Origin: the human T2T-CHM13v2.0 reference genome, Homo sapiens
Length of the DNA stretch: 64,000 bases
NCBI RefSeq assembly: GCF_009914755.1
Contig: NC_060934.1
Direction: 5' to 3' (one strand)
Shown: piece by piece, positions 48,154-64,000 of the stretch
Position numbering within the stretch: position 1 is the stretch's first letter
Layout: every line of letters begins with the position of its first letter
Made by a program: the position numbers and the translations under genes
Notes under the pieces: model-generated
What the model was told of the DNA's origin: nothing
The model's database searches: none
The model's input: the letters and a program-made list of their open reading frames with translations, nothing else

Positions 48154-50207
48154 AAAAAATGTTCAACTATACTAAAATGTATATACCAATGTTTATCATA
48201 CAATGGAACAAAACACACTTTAGCAGTCAAAATGGAAACTCTAAGTGCAGTATCTATAATTTAAATGCAGCCTTTTCATTTTATGAGTGGTGTGCTGAGA
48301 ATAAGCACATGACTTACCAGAATCAAAGTACAATGTGTGTCCTGACAACAAAATCATCAAATCAATATGTGAAAGTAGTTCAAAGTATCGGTTGCCGAAT
48401 TTGATTCCCTGTGAAATAACTTGCTCTCCTTTTTCAGGGCTATAAGGAAAATGTACGTGAGATCTGGCTAAACTCATGGAAGAAATTTTTGCTATCTCTT
48501 TATGCACACACGCTCTTTCACGCAAACATATATATAATATATGTAACATTTATACATACATCTATAATGCATATATATGTGATGTATATTATATGTATAT
48601 ACAATGAACTTGGATCAATCATTTATTTCTACATCATTATTTCTCCCCCACCCCAAATCCTGCTCACCCATCCCATTTGTTACAGATTTAGAAAGCGCAA
48701 ACAGCTACAGACTTTGTTCCTGCAAGTCCAAAGTTATAAGCAAGTCTTCAAGGGAGCTCTGTCAGCCCTGAATGAAGTCTAGGACAACCTCATAGCACTT
48801 ATCATTAAGTTTGCTTATTTGCAACCAGCAGTCAGTGTGACAGTTGCTTTAGCTCAGCTAAGGAGGAACAGGGAAGTGGACAGATTCCAGACTCAGCTGC
48901 TTGGCTCTTTCCTACAATGCCTGGCAACAGCACAGATCACAGGAATCCTACAACCCACAGCATATCTTCCAGGACTAAGGTCTTCATTAATATATTCTTC
49001 ATTTGACCATTTGACAAGTATTTATTGACCACCTACTAAACACCATGCCCTGGGATTATAATAGGAGGAAAAATAGATCTAGACTCTGCTGTCATGGAAC
49101 TTAGAGTTCAATGGAAAACACTAGACTGTAAGGCTAATTGGGATAGAAATCTAATTTTTTTTAAATGAACAGACTTCAGCACCATTTATTAAATCATTCA
49201 TTATTTCTCCCATCCAAGTACTATTTCTCAAAACTTTATGATTCTACTGTCATACAACAAGATTCCATATATTCATGGGTGTGTTTCTGGACTTCTGAGA
49301 TGAAAGCTTCGAAGATTCTATTAATCTATTTATATATGCCTTCACCATATAAATTTAAAAATTTACAGCAAAGTTGAATTTTATAGTGATCACCTGTATA
49401 CCTGCTGCCTAGATTCTACAATTAACACTTCACTATCCTTTCTTTATCATGTATTCACCCAGCTATTTATTGCTCTTTACATCCATTGATTCACCTTTTT
49501 ATGGTGCCTTTCCAATTAAATTGCAGACATCAATACACTTTTCCCTAAATATAACACTATACTTTAAAAATTATAATTTCACAGTAAGTTTATAGTGTTA
49601 CTGTTATCCCAAATGAATTTTTCAATTATATAGCTCAGAAAATTTGATACTTAATTTCCTATTAAGATGTTGAAAAGTGAAAAAAAAACACAAAACTGGG
49701 ACCTCAAAGGCTTGCTTGTATGGTGAGGGGAAAATGCAGCAGAGACTCCTCTCAAGCCTGGGGGTCTCCATTCTAGGCCAAAGGGAAAGAAAGGAGCTCA
49801 GATAACTCTACCCTGATTATCTGGATCCTGGGATCCTTACAATTGTGAGAAACTGAACAATTTCAAACACTCCACTTCATGTTACCAGAAAGGGAGACTT
49901 AGATTTTTCTGTGAGAGCAGGCTGTTCCTTTCTTTCTTGGTTTTTGGAAAAACAGGATGGTAGATTTTTTGGTAAGAAAGATTCTATTTTGTAATAAAAA
50001 GATCCAACAAAATGAGGGGTTATGCTGTTCTGCATAGTATTTCAAACATTTGTCTTCATTGCAGGAGCTATATTCCTGTAAATTGATTTCTTTAGGATAA
50101 TATTTCTTTCTTAAATATGGCTTTGCTCTTTGCTGTCTTTGAAAATTATTGATTATTCTTATAGATGTATATGTGTATTGTGTGTTTTCTTGTTTAAAGA
50201 TCAAAGG

Positions 50208-50506
<299 letters not shown>

Positions 50507-51073
50507 TCAAAGGACCTGGCACATAATAAGTACTCAATAAAAGTTAATCATTATTAATAATAAAAATATTAGACTTCTATCAGTCATATAGGATGAAGGT
50601 TCAGATGATTTATACTTCAGCATAAAGGGAAATGAAATCTCACACGGTAAGGACATCAGGTAGGCTGGGCAAGGTGGCTCATGCCTGTAATCCCAGCACT
50701 TTGGGAAGTCTAAGCAGGAAGATTCCTTGATCCCAGGAGTTTAAAATCGACCTGGGCAGCATAGAGAGGCCTGTATCAAAAATGAACAAAAACCAAACCA
50801 AACAAAAAGATATCAGGTATATCTGAGATACATATCATTACAAAATATTATTATTGTGCCTTCTTATTATTGTGATTATTTAATTTTCCAGAGAAATAAA
50901 TGCAAACTAGTGGGAAATTATCTTCCCTTTATCATGTATCCTGACAGCTATCACTCATTCTATCCATACATTGATCCACCTTCTTTTTGGTGCATTTCTA
51001 ATTAAATTACAGACATCAGTACACTTTTCCCTAATAACATTATACTTTTAAAATTATTGTAATGTCATGGTAA

Positions 51074-52240
<1,167 letters not shown>

Positions 52241-52249
52241 ATCAAGGTA

Positions 52250-52531
<282 letters not shown>

Positions 52532-52557
52532 GAAAGTAGGAAAAAGCATTTTGTTTC

Positions 52558-52766
52558 TTCATTATTATTATTATTTTTTTTTAGAGACAGGATCTCGCTC
52601 TGTCACCCAGGCTGGAGTGCAGTGTTGTGATCTCGGCTCACGCCTGTAATCCCAGCACTTTGGGAAGCCAAGACAGGAGGATTGCTTGAGGCCAAGAGTT
52701 CATGACCAGCCTGGGCAACAAAGTGAGACCCTTGTTTCTACAAAAAATATAAATAAAAAATAAAAA
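52558..52766. mobile_element. Chimeric Alu: antisense 3' fragment fused to a sense left monomer
   Basis: Strand switch at shared GGCTCAC, 52635-52641. Confidence 0.85.
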
Positions 52767-53389
52767 GAGGAACTTCTGTCTATGGAATTGCCATTCTCCT
52801 TGTCTGCCAAGCTGTGATCATCTAACCACTTATTTCCGTGAAAACCTAATTCCAATATTGCCCACAGAACAAAAAGACTGATGTAGTATGAAAAGTGGGA
52901 AGAGGGGATGGTCTAGGACATCTCCTGGGAGTGGATGACGCTGGCATTGAGAGACCAGAGCAGGGATGTAGTCATGGTTACACATTTTCATGGCCACATG
53001 TACCCTGGCGACTTGAGGGTCCACATGCCCTTGTGAAATGCCTCAAAGTTTCATTCTTTTAGTGGAGGCTGGGAGAAGCAGATCCCAGTCCACCCTCTGA
53101 CTCATCCCTTGGCGTTCCTGCCTGATTTAGTGTCAGGGCAAGCCTCAAGGGAATTCTGTCTCTGCCACGCCACTGGCTGCTTTGACAGCATAAAGGTCAT
53201 GGTGGATAGAAAGCTTTTCTCTTTCATTCACCTTTCCTTCAAACCATGAGCACAATTCCAGTTCCCCTTCTCATATATTCATTTACATAAGTAAGCATAT
53301 ATGTATATACATGTGGAATATTCATACCTCTAAACTGTTCTGATTCAAGCAGCAGAGACAAAAAGAAAAAAATTTAAGAAAAGAAAAGA

Positions 53390-53765
<376 letters not shown>

Positions 53766-53887
53766 TTAGTTTAAATTAATCTACCAATGAACAGATATCT
53801 TAAAGGTATATTATGTAAAAGGAAGAATGAGGAGTTTTTAACTCCAAATTTTGAAATTCAAATAGCCAAAATAAAAAGCAATAATCA

Positions 53888-54220
<333 letters not shown>

Positions 54221-54682
54221 TCAGTAAGTCAGGAGGGAGGATTTTAAGAATAAAGACATGGATTTTAGACATGTTGTGAATGAGATGTCATGGGCCCATC
54301 CCTGCTTGTTCAGTAATGTTGGCTTAGTGAGCACCCAGGGCTATAGATAGGATTTGGGGAGTTCACTTCCACAGGAGGCACAGTAGAGGACAAAGAATAC
54401 TTGAGGAGAAGACCAGAAAGTTGAAGGTTGCAACTTCCAAACACAAGAAATTACCTTCCCAATTGCATTGGATCTGTGGTCAAACATGTGAAACATGTAT
54501 GCTTTGTAATGGCTTCTGCTCTGAAAAACATTTAAAAACAGTTGCTTCCTTGCATAGAAAAGTTTAGAAATGACTATCTGTAACAGTAGAATAAAGGAGT
54601 AGTTTTTGTAATAGAAGAGACAATCGGCGGAATATGGATTTATATGGCTTTGTTACCAGACATTCTGAGCCCTTTAAATTTG

Positions 54683-56636
<1,954 letters not shown>

Positions 56637-57288
56637 ACCCTTCTCTTGAAAAGACTTCTTGGGATACAAGTTATATTTAGTCACTTTGTAAAGTGCTTTG
56701 GAAACTTCAGATTGAAATGGTAAGCACGGTGTCATTGGAGGGTAAATAGATACCATGTGGAAAGGAATCTCTAAAATGGCAGGGATTAGACATCCTAATA
56801 AGTTGCTGGGTGCTCAGAAAACAATAAACATCTATCCTATGGAAATGTTATCAGTAATTACAGTCATCGACAGTCTGTCATCCCAGGATCTGTCTGAGAG
56901 TCCATGACTGTATGTAACATATACAGGAATATCCAAGGTATTAATAATGGCCAGGAGTGTGCAAAATGCCATATTTAAGCAATCTTTTCTAGAATCTTCT
57001 TTGCTTTGTTAATTTAATGAATGAGTAATATAACATGTCCACTGGAATGATGTGAATTCTCTCTTCTCCAGGTGGGAAGCTTACATTATTAATTATAGAA
57101 AAAAAATTCCAAGATTTCACTGATAAGCGAGAGAATCTCCAGAAGATACAATTAACTTCAAAGTCACTTTTTTCTCAAGGTCATTGTCTATAGAATTCTG
57201 ATTATCACACAGGTAGAAAGAATCTAAATCTTTAAAAATAAGATATATTAGGTTATAGATGCTACAAAATAGGTTAATGATTAATCTA

Positions 57289-57753
<465 letters not shown>

Positions 57754-58499
57754 CTACCCCATAGGCAGTGCACCAAGAGTCGTCTACTTTCACTTTATTA
57801 TGTAGTTTTGCACTTGTGAATGTTCACGAAATGATATCTCACAGATAATGAGTGACCACAAGTTTTCTATGCATGCTAGTTAGAAGTTATCACCTCCACT
57901 CTCTGCACAAATTTTAATTTTTTCCACTTTCTTCTGGACGTTGAAGCTTTCGCTGAAAACTCTAGAAATTTGACTGTTTGAGTCTCATGCATAGAATTTT
58001 GTGGCCGTCTTTGCAGAGGAATTTCTGTGTGCTTTGTCTACCTACCATATGCTCAGTTTGAACCAGATGCTGAGAGGAATACAAAATCAATGGGAAAGCC
58101 ACAGGCCTTGGGGAAGGAAGGGGGGTAGAAATGACTGGTAGGTGGTGGTCTTCAGCTTTCCACACTCCAGACCACCCTACCTCTCCTGACGCAAGCTCTT
58201 TGTCCAGCCAGTATAGATGTGTTGTCTTGACAGAGGGTCATTCCAGATTGGCAGGGCAGCATAAACCCAGATGGAGAAAGTGGTATATGTGTGGTGTGCT
58301 CAGTGGGCTGAGAGACCGACTGATGATGGAGAATATCAGAGAATTAAAAGCTGACAGGTAATGTGGGGTTAAACCGAATAAATAAATAAATGTAAATTAG
58401 GAACTTCTCCACATCCTAATATGGGGACTGAAGGGTGGGGAGAAAGGAAAAGGGAAGGAGAGGAGAAAGATTAATGGACCACTAGAGTAATGTTCTTTA

Positions 58500-59140
<641 letters not shown>

Positions 59141-59269
59141 ATGTTCAAAAGCGAACATGGTGGGGTGTGTCTTATTGCTGATCAGAGCAACCAACATATA
59201 ACACTTTGTCACATAGTCCTCATTTCTCTTTTCTCAGTTTGTCAACCAAAACTGAGCTCTTCTGTGGCA

Positions 59270-59691
59270 GCCATGAGAATGTCTCAGTTCAGCTGCAAGG
59301 ATTGCGACTGAATAAGGGCCCAGCTGCTGGATCTGAAATCCATGGCTCCAGGGGCGCCATTCCCTTAGGCTGCTCCCAGCCAATGACAGTGCAGCAGGGA
59401 TTCTGGGGACACCTGTTCCTAGAAGACAGGAGGCTCCTCTGATGACCAGTTTTGGCCTGGGGACTCCTTGACAACTTAGCTGAATGGACTACATGGTGGT
59501 CTGGGACACCTCTACCAAAGATTCTCTCTCTCTGTTCCTCTTTCAGAGTCAAATTTGCCTGTGGCTTGAGCGTTTCCCCAGATTTCTCCAGCTGCTCTCC
59601 ACTTTCCTTCACTAGTCATTTTCCTTAATAAGACCCTTGCACATTTTATCCCATCTTGGCAGCCACGTCTCCGTGCATCTGGACTAACACA
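59270..59691 (+). mobile_element. ERVL-class LTR remnant
   Basis: 3' end ccttaataag..cttgcaca...tcccatcttggc...ggactaacaca. Confidence 0.6.
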
Positions 59692-59847
59692 TCTTCCAAA
59701 GGCACATTTGTTTCTATTCTTAGTTTTCCATGTCACCTCATTGGAAGAGACGGGAAGAATGTGAAAATAATGGGATTGCAGACATCTGGAAGAATTTTAC
59801 TCTAACCATGAAGGATTCAAAGCAAGTGTTTCCATTAGAAAACACTA

Positions 59848-60180
<333 letters not shown>

Positions 60181-60307
60181 GACGACAGTTGCAGTTGGGT
60201 GCTTGGGAATTTGGGAGATACAGAGTTCGGTAATCCTTTTTTTAGTGATTCCCAGATTTTGTTGGTATCAACATTACTTGTCTGTCTGTGCGTGTGTGCG
60301 TATGTGT

Positions 60308-60589
60308 ATTTTGAGACACGTCTTGCTCTGTTGCACAGGCTGGAATATGGTGTTATGATCACAGTTCACTGAAGCCTCAACCTCCTGGGCTCAATTGATC
60401 TTCCCACCTCAGCCTCCCAAGTAGCTGGGACTACAGGCTCATGCCACCATGCTAGGCTATTTCTTCTATTTTTTTGTGGAGACAGGAGTCTCACTATATT
60501 GCCAGCTGGTCTCAAACTACTGGCTCAAGCAATCCTCCTACCTCAGCTTCCCAAAGTGCTGGGATTACAGGTGTGAGCCATGGCACCCC
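60308..60589 (-). mobile_element. Alu (J-like)
   Basis: Antisense Alu. Confidence 0.9.
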
Positions 60590-60996
60590 ACAAATGCATG
60601 TACATGTTTTAAATGCAGATACCTGATTCCTTTCCACATCCACACCCCTACTCCAAGACCTACAGGAATAATCTCCAGAGATGGAACCCAGGCATATGTA
60701 CTTTTAACAAAATTGCTTTGTGATTCCAATTTATACCAAAGTTTAAGAATCAGTGGACACCACTGCCCTGTTGCTCCAGAAATTGTTTTCTTAGGAGTGA
60801 TAATGATTCAAAAGCTTCTGACTAGTTTTCTCTCTTTCCCTCCCAAATCATGCCTGACACTTGTGCCACCTGATTCTTTGTGACGGGAGATTTTTTAAGA
60901 TAGATGTGGTATGGAAAACTTGGCTTTTTATCACTTATTTGTTCCCCCAAAGTTATGCATACACCTAATTATCTTAAACGAGGATGAAGAATCTCA

Positions 60997-61304
<308 letters not shown>

Positions 61305-61542
61305 CCTCATCCTCATCTCTTCATCTCTTATGTCTTCAGATTTGTAGGTTTAATGTCAGATTTCCTTAAGGTATGGCACACAAACATGTATTTTCAAATA
61401 GTTAATGCATGCCCCTGGTGTTTTACTTTGAACATATCACTTTCCAGAGAAATAGTTACTGTGGCTTCTAGAAATTGGCCTATCTTGCATATCTCTTCCA
61501 CAGAGGTTGCCACATTTGAGGTCTTGATAGAAGTGGAGCACA

Positions 61543-61846
61543 GACCAGGCACAGTGGCTCACGGCTGTAATCCCAACACTTTGGGAGGCCAAGGAGGGAC
61601 AATTGCTTGAGGCCAGGAGTCGGAGACCAACCTGGGCAACCTAGAGAGACCCCACCTCTGCCAAAAAATTGGGAGGATTGCTTGAGCCCAGGAGTTCAAG
61701 GCTATAGTGAGCTGTGACTCCACCACTGCACACCAGCCTGGGCAACAGAGCAAGACATGCAGGTCTTACATTTAAGTCTGTGATCTATCTTTAGTTATTT
61801 TTTGAGCAAGACCCTGTCTCTGGTCTCTGGAAAAAAAAAAAAAAAA
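61543..61846 (+). mobile_element. Alu (J-like) with an internal deletion and a 47-nt insert
   Basis: Alu blocks; insert at 61757-61803. Confidence 0.88.
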
Positions 61847-62140
61847 GAATGGAACAGAGGAGACGAGTTCTAGCCATCTTCTCTGTTGATTGTAAGATCT
61901 AGGTGGATTAAACGGCAAGGCCTCCAGACTAAAAATTTTCCTTGAGTAGGAAGAATGGAAACATCACCGACTCAGTAAATGAAGTGACCGTTTTCTACCA
62001 GTTTTTTCTTCTAACTTGATAAAACTCACATTCTGCACAACAAATATTCCTAAATTCAAAAGATCTTAGGTTGCTCAAATATAGTTCATCGTCCTTTTTT
62101 TTTTTAAGTATGAGTTCTTGCAATAATTTGGTCTTTGGGA

Positions 62141-64000
<1,860 letters not shown>

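Overview
Primate (human-like) genomic DNA, very rich in Alu and other repeats. Positions 1-31.4 kb hold the 5' half of KIF5B (kinesin-1 heavy chain) on the minus strand. I assembled 15 GT-AG coding exons (1725 nt, codons 1-575: motor domain, neck linker, first stalk coiled coil); exon 16 onward lies off the left edge. A CpG-island promoter at ~30.6-31.6 kb has NRF1 and CCAAT motifs, and a Y3-RNA pseudogene sits just upstream. Positions 31.9-64 kb are intergenic and made of Alu, L1, L2, LTR and DNA-transposon remnants plus a 1.5-kb TSD-flanked retrocopy that looks like a 3'UTR. The most notable observations are a decayed duplicate of exon 15 inside intron 14, a strong-Kozak 8-codon uORF directly behind a (GCC)7 tract in the 5'UTR, a candidate 81-nt poison exon in intron 15, and several small rearrangement scars. 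I found no evidence of a novel multi-gene system. Exon boundaries were read base by base; repeat boundaries and subfamily names are approximate and come from recall of consensus sequences.
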